The notes under the pieces are model-generated. The model was not told where the DNA came from. It saw nothing but the letters and a program-made list of their open reading frames with translations, and ran no database searches. A DNA stretch of 63,755 nucleotides, filler included, from Chrysochromulina tobinii (lineage: Eukaryota), in assembly GCA_001275005.1 (NCBI GenBank). It is 5 parts of 5 records of this genome, joined end to end, with 100 filler letters (N's around TTAATTAATTAA, not from the genome) between each part and the next. Parts side by side here need not be neighbours in the genome. Positions count along the whole stretch, not along the records: positions 49,209 to 57,754 come from JWZX01000212.1; positions 57,855 to 63,755 come from JWZX01000213.1; 3 more parts are not named here. One strand, written 5' to 3'. Shown in pieces: positions 52,290-63,500 of this stretch; within the stretch, counting starts at the first letter, position 1; every line of letters starts with the position of its first letter. The position numbers and the translations under genes were made by a program.

Positions 52290-53272
52290 TCACGCGCACT
52301 CGCGTGATTTTCTGATATGAGTGCCGAGCATGAATAGGATCTCGGTTCGGCACACGGGACACCTGTAGTTCTTCGGGTCCGCCGTCCAACGCACCAGGAC
52401 CTCACGCCCACACCAGTGCATGCACGGATGGATGCTGGACCACTGGCGGGAACGGATTCCGGCGCGGAAGTCGCTCTTGTCGGCCATCTCCAGGGTAATG
52501 GGGCACATTGCTGGCGATGGGGGCACGACCTTTTTATCGATCATACTCCTGACGAGAATGAACAGCAAACAGCCAGCGACGTGCACCTCGCTGGCGGGGA
52601 TGGCCATGATGTGGCAATCCCTGAGCACGGTCGAGAGTTTGCATACAGTAAGGTGAGAGCATCGTGACCGTCCGGGCGCGTTCGTGAAAAACGAGTCGGC
52701 GAGGGAGGAGCGACGCACCATGCCCAGCAAGCGGACCAGTTGACGTTGGCCGCCGTGATGGGCTGGCCCGTTGCTGACGAGCATGGTGACCCTGCATGGA
52801 CCCACAGCTCCTGCGCCAACGCGCGCAGACGTCGCAGCCCTCGCGGGGTGAGAAGCTCGGCAATCCAACGCATCACGTCCGCCCTGCGCTCAGGGGGCAC
52901 GGCTCGACCCGCCTGCTCAGCCCGTCTCTCGTACTCTGGGCGTCGGTCAGGGTCGGCGAGGTATAGCCATGCCGCATCGACCGACGGGTCTCTCCCAGGT
53001 GGCACACCAACCTTCTCCCCCAGCATCCTGCTGGCGCTCCTTTCGCCAACATACCGCAGCATGCGTCGGTGCTCGTACAGCTCCTGGCTTGCGATCATGG
53101 CGGCACCGGCGGCCAAGTCGGACGGCGAGGGCCGCAAGCGCGCTAGCCAGGACTCGATCGTCTCTTCGACGACATTGGCGTCTGGCCACTCATCAAACGA
53201 CACCACCGTCGCTTCGCTGCCGCCGCCCTCCTCCACGAGCACATCCTCGGCGCTGCGGGGGGCAGCGTCCAT
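52290..53272 (-). CDS. Putative RING-finger protein, with a frameshift or intron near ~52750
   Basis: MDAAPRSAEDV... frame, then a second frame ending CPITLE...HPCMHWC...CPVCRTEI. Confidence 0.45.
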
Positions 53273-53551
53273 GATGTGTGCAATCGCGTCCTTGGATTGC
53301 GCCGCAGTGTGGACGTTCTTGCGCACCGACCTGTCGGCACGAGCGCTCGCGCCCAAACGATTCGCGGCGAGACAAAAGGAAAACTGTTCCCCAGCGAAGA
53401 AATGTTTCGGCTCGAATCTTCGTATCCGGATACAGGTGTGCCGGCTAAAGAGCAACAAAAAGTCATCGAGTCCACGCGAGGGACCTGGAACGAACTTTTT
53501 TCGCGCCGGTACGATTCCGCGTTTAAAACAAACGAGGAAGCCGCGTTCGCA

Positions 53552-56500
53552 ATGCCGACTGGGCGCGTGGGCCTGCCACAGGGCCTCCTTGGAGAGCCCC
53601 GTGCAAGACGGGTCGCGACGGACCCAGATAACAGCCCAGGCGAGCACGAGGACGACGACGACGACGACTGCGACGATTGTTGGGCTTCAAATTGCCCTGC
53701 CGACAAAGCCGCGCGGAAGCAGCAGCGGCCGACAATCTCACCCGCGCGCATCGATGCGCGCAAGCGTCAGCAGCTTCGGCCATATCCAGAAAACGCGCCT
53801 CTGCCTATAAAGGATGCAAGACTCGTGCGTGCGCGGTTCTGTCCCGACGCCCCCGACGAAGACTTCGTCACCGCGCCTCCTTCCTGCGCCGGTGCATCCT
53901 CCACCGCCGCTGCCGCCGTCGTCGCATCCAGCAAGCGCCAGCGTCTCACGGCGCCCACTGTCGCTGCTTCCACGCCATCGACCACCCTCGCCGCTCTCGC
54001 CGCGTCATCCACCGGCCTCGCCGCGCCCGCCGCCATCGCCGCGCCTTCCGCCGCGATCGCCACCATCGACATCGCCGCGATCGCTAGTGTCGCTGGTGCT
54101 GCCGATTCCGCTGGTGTTGCTGGTCGTTGCCGGTGCCGCTGATGCCGCCGCCGCCCCCGCCGATGCCGCCGATGATGCCGCCGACGACCGTGCACTCGTT
54201 TGGCGCTTGTCGCCAAAACCCCTCGCGGCCATCCGCAAAGTCGGGCTGAACGGCGAGCGGCGCGCCGCCGCGGCGCTCCTTGACGCACTCGTCATGAACT
54301 TTCAGAAGTGCGTCGGCCCGATCAAACTGAATGGCGCCCGCTCGTCGTGCGGCTGCCTGAAGGCAGAGGATGCTCCGCCGTGCCACGTGACGCTCTATGC
54401 TTCCTTTCAGGAGATCCTCGAGCCAGCGGCCTTCAAGTGGGCGTTCCCGTCCACCACCGGCGGCGTGGCTGGCGGCGCGACGCACGTCGCAGCGCTCCTG
54501 ACCGCGGCTGAAGAAGTCGTGACGGAGAAGAGCGTCAAGCTCAGCAAGGAGCGGAAGACGTACCCCCGCTTCTTGCTGCTGGGCTGGCAGCGACGGTCGA
54601 CCCCTCTGCCATCGCCCCAGCCGCTTGCCCCGCTGCCGTTGTCCATATTTGCCTCTCCATGTGCTGCCGCCACCGCCGCACACGTTGACGACGACGACGA
54701 CGACAGCGCGAGCGACCGCCGCGCACGTGAGGCGGCAGAGGCGGCAAGGCGCAGCGTGTGGTCAGAGGCGCGCGAGCAGAGGCTTCGGGCGGCGCTCCGC
54801 ACGGTGCCGTCGCATCGCGCCGGACGTCGTGTGCCTGAGGACCAGTGGCACTCCATCGCCCTCGCCCTCGCGGCCGCCGAGCCGCCGACCTCGTGCTGGG
54901 CGCCCACTGGCCTTGCCGTCGTAGAGCACTATAAGCGAAGCCTGCTGCCGCGCCTGCTGTCAAAGCTGCCCGCGCCGCCCGCCGCCGCTGCTGGGCCCCG
55001 CCCGAGCATCTGGTCAGCTCAGGGCGACGGGGAGCTCCAAGCCGCCGTGCACTTACTCCACGAGGTGCACGGTCTCGGCCGCGCGAGCATCGAGTTCTGG
55101 CGGCTCGTCGAGGAGCGCTGCCCGTCGGCGCCGGCTCTGGTCGGTACGCATTTCGCCGACAATTCGTACGCGCGCCGCCACGCGCCGGCCTTCTCCACAC
55201 CACGCGGCGCCTACGTGGGGCGGGTGCCGTGGGTGCCGCCTGCTGACGTCTCGACGGCGCTGCCGGCCGTTTCGGCTGCCGTCGACGCGGTCGCTGCGCT
55301 CGGCACGCGCGCCGAGCGCACGTGCGCGCTGTACGGGATGCCCGAGCGAGCCGCTGCCACCGGCGGTGCGGTCGCGGCCGCTGCTGCGGCTGTCGCGTGG
55401 GCTGCAGCGGACGCCGGGTGCGAGCGCGAGGCGATGGCGGTCTGGATTGGCTGCGTGAAGCTGCCGCGCGATCGCGGTGTGCTGCAGCGGGCGCGTGCGG
55501 CCGTCACGGCGCGGCGGCTCGACGCGCCCGAGGGCGCCGCCCTCGTGCTTCTCGGGCTCGGCGGCTGTGTGGGCAGTGGCCGCACCTCCGCCGCCGATCC
55601 CCTGCTCGCCGCGCTCGTCGCCGCCTTCGGCGTGCCCGCGTCGAGCATCTGGGCGTGGCGCCGCGCCCACAGCCTCGGGCAGAGCGCGGCGCTGGCCCGG
55701 CTCGCCGCCGACTCGGACGCGTGCGGGCCCGCCGCGCTCGCGCGCGAACTGGGCCTCGGCACCGCCGGCCTCGCACGCCTCGCCGCCCTCCTCGTCCAGC
55801 ACAGCACGCTCGAGCACGCACGGCATATTCTGGGCGATGCAGGCGCGGCGGACGAGGCCGCGATCGCGATCGCGGCGCTGCTTGGCGCCGCGGAGGAGGT
55901 CGGTGCGCAGGAGGGTGCGGAGGGGGAGGGAGCGGAGGAGGAGGTGGAGGAGGAGGAGGAGGAGGAGGCGGGGCTGCCGGCCGTGGTTGACGAGCAGCTT
56001 GCCACCGACTTGTTTGGCAGCCTGCTCCATTGGCTGGCCGGGGCGCGTGTCGCGGACGCTGTGGCCGAGCTCACCGAGTGGGGGCGGCGTGCGCTTCCGG
56101 CGCCTGCGGCCATACGCCGCTGCTTGGCGCCAAAGGGCGGGCACGTGCCCAGCGCGATGGACGCCTTGGCGCGGCAGATGCGCGACGACGTGCACGAGGC
56201 GCACGAGGCGCGGCTCGTGCGCACGGCCAGCGTCCTCGAGCTGCGCAGCGCGCTCGAGAACGAGCGCAAGCCGCTGCGCGCGTCCGTCGCCAACGTGCTC
56301 CGTCAGCTGAGGCTGCTGACGGAGCACGCTGACGATGCCAATGGAGGGCTTCATGGCGCGCTCACACGCACCAGCCAGCTCTTCGATCTGGCCGCGTCTC
56401 CTGCTCGCGGGGTGGGCGCGGTGGTGAGAGCCGAGGCGCTCCGTCTGGCACAGCGCTGCTTCACGGCGTCGGCGGCAGCGCTGGCTGCGGCACCCACAGC

Positions 56501-57500
56501 CGAGGCGGTGGCGACGGCTGGCTACCTTGGCAACATCCTCGAGCGGCTGCGCGTGGGCGGCCGCGGCGAGCCGCTGCGCAAGCAGGCGCGCGACGTGCTG
56601 TTCCGCCTCCTATCGGCGCTCGCGACGGCCGAGCTGGCAACGTTGTCGTCGCCCCGGCCCGCTAGTGGCGAGGCCCTCGCCCTGAGCCGCATGCCGCTCG
56701 TCGACGCGGCCGCCGCCGCCGCCCTCGCCCGTCTCGGCGCCAACGTGCCGCGCTTTGGCTACTTTGTGGAGGAGGACGAGGCGCTGCACGCGCTCGGCCG
56801 CCAGCGGCGCGAGCTCAAGCCGCAGCAGCTCGAGGCGCTCGCGGCCTGGCGTCGCGGCGCCGATTTTATCGGCCAGCTGCCCTGCGGCTTTGGCAAGACG
56901 CTGCTCTTTCAGCTGCCTGCGCTGCTGGCGCCGGGCGGCGGCGTGGCCATCTCGCCGCTGAGCGCGCTCATGCGCACGCAGGTGGAGGCCCTCCCCCCGG
57001 GCGCGGCCGCGGCCGCCGCCAAGCACGGCCTCGCGCACGCGTGGCTGCTGTACGCGGCGGGCGCGGTACAGCTCCTGTACACGGCGCCCGAGAGCGCCGC
57101 CAAGCATGCGGCGCTGCTGTGCTGGGCGTGCGCCAAGCGGGGCTGCGCGTGCGTCGCCGTCGACGAAGCGCACTGTGCGCTGCCCGAGCCCGTGGGCAAC
57201 CTGCTCTTCCGGCCCGACTATGGCGAGCTGCGCACCGTGCTGGCACGCCTCCGCGGCGCCGCACCGCTGATGCCGCTGATGGCGCTCACAGCCACCGCGA
57301 CGCGCGAGGAGAGGACGCGCGAGCTGCCCGAGGCGCTCGGGCTGCGCCCCGACCACGCAATCGTGCACGCGAGCGTCGTGCGCCGCGACCTCGTCATGCG
57401 CACGCTCGTCGCCCCCAAGCTCGAGCAGATTGCCGCGCTCCTGCGCATCGACCCGACCAGAGCGGCCGTGCGGGCGGCGTGGCGCTGCCTCGCGGAGACA
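53552..57500 (+). pseudogene. Large degenerate ORF ending in a RecQ-like DEAH helicase ATPase domain (frameshift ~54120; no helicase C-domain seen)
   Basis: LKPQQLEAL, LPCGFGKTLLFQLPAL, ISPLSALM, LLYTAPE, VAVDEAHC, FRPDY and MALTATAT at ~56810-57400, then GGDG low complexity. Confidence 0.65.
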
Positions 57501-57754
57501 AGGGGCTGGCGGCTGCTCGGCGGCGGCGGCGAGCTCGGCGATGGCGGCGAGCTCGGCGGCGGCGATGGCGATGGCGATGGCGATGGCGATGGCGAGCTCG
57601 GCGGCGGCGATGGCGTTGGCGACGGCGATGGCGATGGCGATGGCAACATCGGTGGCGACGGCGGCGGCATCGGCGGCATCGGCGGCATCGGCGGCGACGG
57701 CCGCCGCGGCCGCCTCGGCGACAGCGATGGCGATGGCGAAAGCAGTCTCCGCCG

Positions 57755-57854
57755 NNNNNNNNNNNNNNNNNNNNNNNNNNNNNNNNNNNNNNNNNNNNTT
57801 AATTAATTAANNNNNNNNNNNNNNNNNNNNNNNNNNNNNNNNNNNNNNNNNNNN
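57755..57854. other. Artificial contig-joining spacer
   Basis: N-run, TTAATTAATTAA, N-run. Confidence 0.99.
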
Positions 57855-58501
57855 GAGGGCGGCGGCGGCGAGGGTGTGATGATGGTAGCGGAGGTGATGG
57901 TGACGGTGGGCAATGCGGCGGCGAGGGCGGCGGTGGTGGCGGCCTTGTATAACGTACTGTCGGCAGACGCGCCCGTTGGCGCGCCTCCCGAAGGAAACGC
58001 AAAAGAAGTCACTCGTCGTCGCCGTCGCGTGACGACGACGGTGTCGAGGAACGACAGTGTCAAGGAACGACGATATCATGGCGACCGGCAGCTTGCCCGC
58101 CGCGTTATCGCTGCCTGCCGCCATCAGCGGCGATTGTGCGCGCTGGACGCCGCCTTGTGCCACTGCGCTCCTTGACCTTCGCTGTACACTTGGCGCGCTC
58201 GTTGCGCCGCGCCTCCGTCATCGCCTTGCTCTTCTTCTTCTTCTTCTGAATCGGCCGCCTTGCGCCACGCGTCTTGCAGGCGCTTTGAGGCCACTTGCTG
58301 TACGCGCGCTCTATGCGTGCGAACGAGTAGACCTCGGGACCAACGGATGCGCAGAGGCAGTGGAGCGGTTGCCATTCGATCGCCGCATGCTGATGCCCGT
58401 CGAGCCGTCTTCGATCACGAATGCTGCTGCTGCTGCTGTGAATCATAAACATTGGCTGTGAAACACGAGCACGGCGGCGCCTCCGCCAACTTGGCGCCCT
58501 T

Positions 58502-58996
58502 AAAATCGTCTCACAAACGCAATTCGAAGATACGGTGCCCAAAATCGTCTCACAAACGAAAGTTAAACATCGAACGAAATCGCCTCAAACAAACGAAAGT
58601 CGAACGACCGGCGCCTAAAATCGTCTCACAAACGCAAGTCGAACATCGAACAGTATCGTCTCGCGAGAACGAAAGTCGAAGGACCGGCGACCAAAATCGT
58701 CTCACGAACGCAAGTCGAACTTACACAGCGCCCAAAATCGTCTCACAAACGAAAGTTAAACATCGTAATCAGGCGGAGTCCAACATCCGGCACCCAAAAT
58801 AGTCTCCGACATGAGAAGTAAAAGAAGTCAATCGTCTCACAAACGCAACTCGAACGACCGGGGACCGAAATCGTCTCACAAACGCAACTTACATCGTCTC
58901 ACAAACGCAACCGAAGAACTATCGTCTCACAACCGAAACCATGAGTTCCATCGTCTCACAAATAAAAGTCCATGAACAAATCGTCTCACAAACGAA
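58502..58996 (+). repeat. Array of ~14 copies of (AAA)ATCGTCTCACAAACG with variable spacers
   Basis: Copies near 58502, 58541, 58577, 58617, 58655, 58693, 58734, 58796, 58830, 58868, 58893, 58921, 58950 and 58978; some are degenerate. Confidence 0.9.
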
Positions 58997-59622
58997 GTAT
59001 TCTCTTTTGGTAAACTTGGTCGCGTGAAAGGAATGCGGTCATGAACAACGGTAAAAAGACACCGCGGGGAGCCAGGACACACACGGGACACACGGGCGCA
59101 CACGGGCACACCGGTACACTTGCGGCCTGGAGGCGAAACCCGGACCCTTATAAGCTTAAAGCCAAAAGCTAGCAGAAGCACGTGTGGAGGGCGTCTAGCG
59201 GCCTTAGCTTAGCGCATGTTTGGAATTGGATTGGTTCTCAGTGGACACGTCGGGTTGTTCGGTCCAGAGAGCAGAGTGTTTTCGATGCACAACGTACGAT
59301 GATCAAGAAATTACCTCTGTAACGGTCACGCCGGCGAGCGCGAGCGCGCACGGCCCACACACTCCCCGGCACAATCATGCGACGCGTGTCCTCGCCTAAC
59401 CTCATGTATCGGCCCCGTACGCTCCCCCGCGCGATCCCCATTTTCCGGAGATAAACCTCTGCCCTGACCCTCGGAGCTCAGACATGCCCTCGAACGTAGC
59501 ACCTCATTCGAGCACCTCCTCACGACCGGACCAGATCTCCACATTCACACTCACATGGTCGTCCCCGAACGTCTCTCGTCTGAGGGCTTCTTGCGCCTTC
59601 CTCAGAGTACGCATGCATCATT

Positions 59623-60534
59623 CTAGGCATGGTGCTGGCTGCTGCCGGCCTGGAAAGTGAGCAGGGCAGCGCGCGCAGAGCCGATCAACCCCTCGATCAA
59701 CCCCACGTTGGCCACTCGCAGATCTTTGTCGTGGCACTTCTCAGTCTGCCCAGAGCCAAGTGTTTCAATCTCCACCGTATAAAGTGCCATCTCTGCATCG
59801 TACTCCTTCACATAGGCGAGAGTCTCCGCTCCGTTGCTGCGCTTCATGAACACGCTGCTGCCGATGGCGTAGCGCAGCGCAAGGGCGGGGACGGGATGGG
59901 GGCCCGCCGATGCAACCGCCCTTTCCATGAATGGGACATGTTTATTGATCTCTTCCAAGATCTCATCCAGAGCTTCGGGCACCGTGAGCAACGTGCCGGC
60001 ATCTGGGATGTCATTGATCTTGCCGAGGTGCTCCTGCACTTTGGCGATCATCACCTCGGAATCCTGGTCCGTGAGCTTCTTCCACTGGTCTTGCTTGTCG
60101 GGCAGATTCTCCTCAAGGACGATGGGTATCACGGGAATCTTCTTATCGATGGCACAGCTGAGCTCCTTCAAACAGGGCTCGGACTCGTAAAAGGCCTTAG
60201 TCTTCAGGACGATCAGCACCTTGGCCTTTGCATGTCGCCCCTTGAGACGCAGCATGAACACTTCCCAGTCGACGCCGGCGGGGACGTGCAGCCCACTGAA
60301 GCATTGCAGGCCGCACTGATGGAGGACCTCAAGAAACCCCGCCGCATAAAACATGCCTGGCCCGGCGCTCCATCCAACATGGGCGGTCCATACGGCTCTC
60401 GTTATCCATACTGATGAGTCCCGACGTCGACCCGTTGCGTGTGACACCACCACTTTGGGATAGTATTCGTCTGGGCGGGAAGAGTGTTCCGTGTCTGATT
60501 TCTGATTGCCCCGCGGACTGGTTTGAATGCTCAC
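59623..60534 (-). CDS. Second TIR-like domain plus small beta-barrel-like domain (probably the 3' part of the upstream receptor gene)
   Basis: Near-copy of the upstream TIR (VVVSHA...AKVLIVLKTKAFYESEPCLKELSCA...IPVIPIV). It is in the same frame as the upstream ORF and has no ATG before the domain. Confidence 0.75.
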   Translation of the reverse strand: MSIQTSPRGNQKSDTEHSSRPDEYYPKVVVSHATGRRRDSSVWITRAVWTAHVGWSAGPGMFYAAGFLEVLHQCGLQCFSGLHVPAGVDWEVFMLRLKGRHAKAKVLIVLKTKAFYESEPCLKELSCAIDKKIPVIPIVLEENLPDKQDQWKKLTDQDSEVMIAKVQEHLGKINDIPDAGTLLTVPEALDEILEEINKHVPFMERAVASAGPHPVPALALRYAIGSSVFMKRSNGAETLAYVKEYDAEMALYTVEIETLGSGQTEKCHDKDLRVANVGLIEGLIGSARAALLTFQAGSSQHHA

Positions 60535-60540
60535 GCAGGC

Positions 60541-63500
60541 TCACGCGTCCAGCTCGGCCTCAAACTCGGCAAAGAAGTTGGCGATATCTGCCTCCTGCAG
60601 CATCGAGCCGACAAGGTCCTCACCCAGATGCGGCATCACGACTGGGGCCCCTATGCCAGGCTCGCTCCGAGAATTCCAGCCCTCCGGCAGGGTCGCCGAT
60701 CTATAGGTTGGAGCGATGGAGGTCGCCAAGGTATGGGTTGATGCGCAGTGGGTCGCCGAGGTATCGGTGGGTGCGCAGTAGGTCGCCGAGATCAAGGTTG
60801 GCGCCGCGGTTGCGCCCGCCTGTCCAATAGCATCAGCTCGACGCAGCTGCGCCGAGGGGCGCGATGCGCGCACACTGCCCTTTATGCGCTGGAGCTCGTC
60901 TACGATAGAAGGGAACGTAGGCCGTTGAACAGGATCGGTCTGAAGGCACCGGGTGGCAAGCGCGAGGATGCCAGGTGGGCAGCCGGCCGCATTGCGCAGC
61001 TGGTCGAGCGGGGTGGCTTGACCTCTGACAATGATCGCCATGAGCGCATGCGCAGTGTCCTTCGGAGGCAGTTGCACATGGCTGTACGGTATGGACCGCG
61101 TCCCCATATGTGTGAGCAGGCATCCGAAGCTCCACACGTCGGTGGGCTTGGCTTTTGCGCCCGAGGTGAGTGCAATCGCCTCGGGAGCCATGTAGGGCGG
61201 CGTGCCCGCGGGCCCCTCGGCCTGCCCGGCATACTTGGTGAGTGCGGTGCCAAAGTCAGCCACCTTGGCGACCCAGTGCTCCGTGAGTAACACGTTGCCA
61301 GGCTTCAGGTCGCGATGGACCACGTCCATCGCATGTAGGTACGTCATGCCCTTGGCCACATCGAAGGCGATGAGGACGAGGGATGCCTCCCACGTGGCGA
61401 GCTGATCGCGCTGCCGGTGGTGATGCAGCACATCGAGCAACGACGAAGGCATGAGCTCCATCAGAATGCCCGTCTTCCCGTTGTTGCCGTCGTGTGCAAT
61501 GCCCATGGTGAGGAGCACATTGGGGTGGTGCAGGCGCATCGTGAGCTCAAACTCGTTGAGGAGCTCTTGTAGCGCCGCCGGCGTGGTCGCTGCCCGTAGG
61601 CTCTTGATGGCGCATGGGGTCGAGTTCCACACGGTGGCGGCACGCACCTCGCCAAAGCTGCCCGCTCCGAGACTCTCTTTGAGTGCCAGGTCTTTCCAGC
61701 TCACCACCACGTGCATCGAGCTTCCTACGATGCTCGACATCTCAGTGCCGCTTCCCTTCGGTGGTGGTGAGCGCGGTGGCTTTGAGCGCAATGGCTGTGA
61801 GCGCTTCGAGGAGATCGGGATCATGCGGCTCCAACCGCCCCGTTTCGCGGCAAAGTTTTGTGTGGCCAACGTCGTGAGCTCCTGGGCCTTAGTTGTGACA
61901 TGCTTATTGATCTCCTCGAGGATCTCGTCCAGAGTAATGGGCACGGTGCGCAACGTGCCGGGGCTTGGGATGTCATTGATCTTGCCGAGGTGCTCCTGCA
62001 CTTTGGCGATCATCACCTCGGAATCCTGGTCCGTGAGCTTCGACCACTGCTGTTTGGGGCCGGGCAGATTCTCCTCGAGGACAATGGGTATCACGGGAAT
62101 CTTCTGATCGATGGCACAGCTGAGCTCCTTCAGACAAGGCGCGGACTCGTAGAACGACTTGGTCTTGAGGACGATCAGCACCTTGGCCTTTGCATGTCGC
62201 CCCTTGAGACGCAGCATGAACACCTTCCAGTCGGTCCCTGGGGGGACGTGCAGCCCGCTGAAGCATTGCACGCCGCACTGATCGAGGAAACTGATGAAAC
62301 CCGCCGCATAATACATGCCTGGCCCGGCGCCTTGGCAATCCTGCTCACGGCGACCCGTCGCATACGAGATCACCGCTTCAGGATAGTATCGGTCGAAAGC
62401 CGTGCCCCTTGGCACGAGCGAGCGTACATAGCTCTTCCTTTTCTGCGCCATCTCCTCTGTGATGATGGGTGGCACCATGAAGGCCTCAGCACAGAACTTG
62501 GTCAACATGTCGTCCCTCTCAGTCTCTGCTTTCTGAGCTTTGGCCCTCCTGGCCGCTTTCGTTACCTGTCCGCCCTTGGCTCGGCGCATGAAGGCCAGGG
62601 CAAGGATAACTGCGATGATCACACCGACGACGACGCCGACGATGATGCCGATGGAGCCGCTCGTCTCGACTGCTCCGGCCGACATTGGTGACATGGGTGG
62701 AGGAGGCGACGGTGATGGCGGTGGCGGTGGTGGGACGTCTGCGATGGTGGGTGGCGTCACCGCGAGCACGGCAATGGAGACGCCGGTGATGTTCGCGAGC
62801 ATGGCGGTTGCGCTGCTCGGGCTGCTCGTCGCGCTGGCCATTGTCGACTGCACCGAGGCCGCCGTCGCCGTGGTCGTCTGGATGCTCACGACGACGATGA
62901 CGCTGCCTGGCGAAATGGTCAACTCCACCTCCGATAGGCCGACGCCGGCGCGAGCCGCGACTGCTCTCTGCATCTGGGCCTGCACGCTCAGGGTGAACGA
63001 GGAGACGTCGCCGTCGAGCTCGAGGGTGAAACCGACGACGCTCATCGCCGGCGGCGATGGCGGCGGCGAGGGCAGGGGCGAGGGCGGCGGCGGTGGTGAG
63101 GGCGAGGGTGGCGGCGGCGAGGGCGGCGGCGGCGGCGGGAGCGAGGTCGGAGGCGAGGGCGGCGGGGGCGAGGGCGGAGGCGGTGGTGAGGGCGAGGGCG
63201 GAGGCGGCGAGGGCGGAGGTGGTGGTGAGGGCGAGGGCGGAGGCGGCGATGGCGGCGGCGGTGGTGAGGGTGAGGGCGGAGACGGTGAGGGAGGCAGCGG
63301 CGACCCGTTCATGACAAACAGCTGCGTGGCCGACAGGTACTCAAAGTGTTCATCAAGCGCGGGGTTCGCTAGCGTTGAGAGGCAGGTCTTATAGAGACCG
63401 GTGGTGGAAAGCTGGACCGAGATGGCGCCGTTGCTGATCGTGCCGCCCAACTGCGTGGCACGCGCGAAAGCTGCGCCTGCGCAGGTCCGGGAGCCGGCAG

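Noticed and set aside
58057..58542. Short ORFs upstream of the motif array as a transposase or other gene
   Set aside because: No catalytic or family motifs were recognised.
58502..58996. CRISPR array
   Set aside because: The context is eukaryotic with no cas genes. The repeat is only ~15-18 nt and degenerate, and the spacers are short, uneven and related to each other.
60541..60543. Selenocysteine at the kinase/TIR junction TGA
   Set aside because: It lies in a linker with no redox motif and no visible SECIS; splicing or a true stop is more likely.
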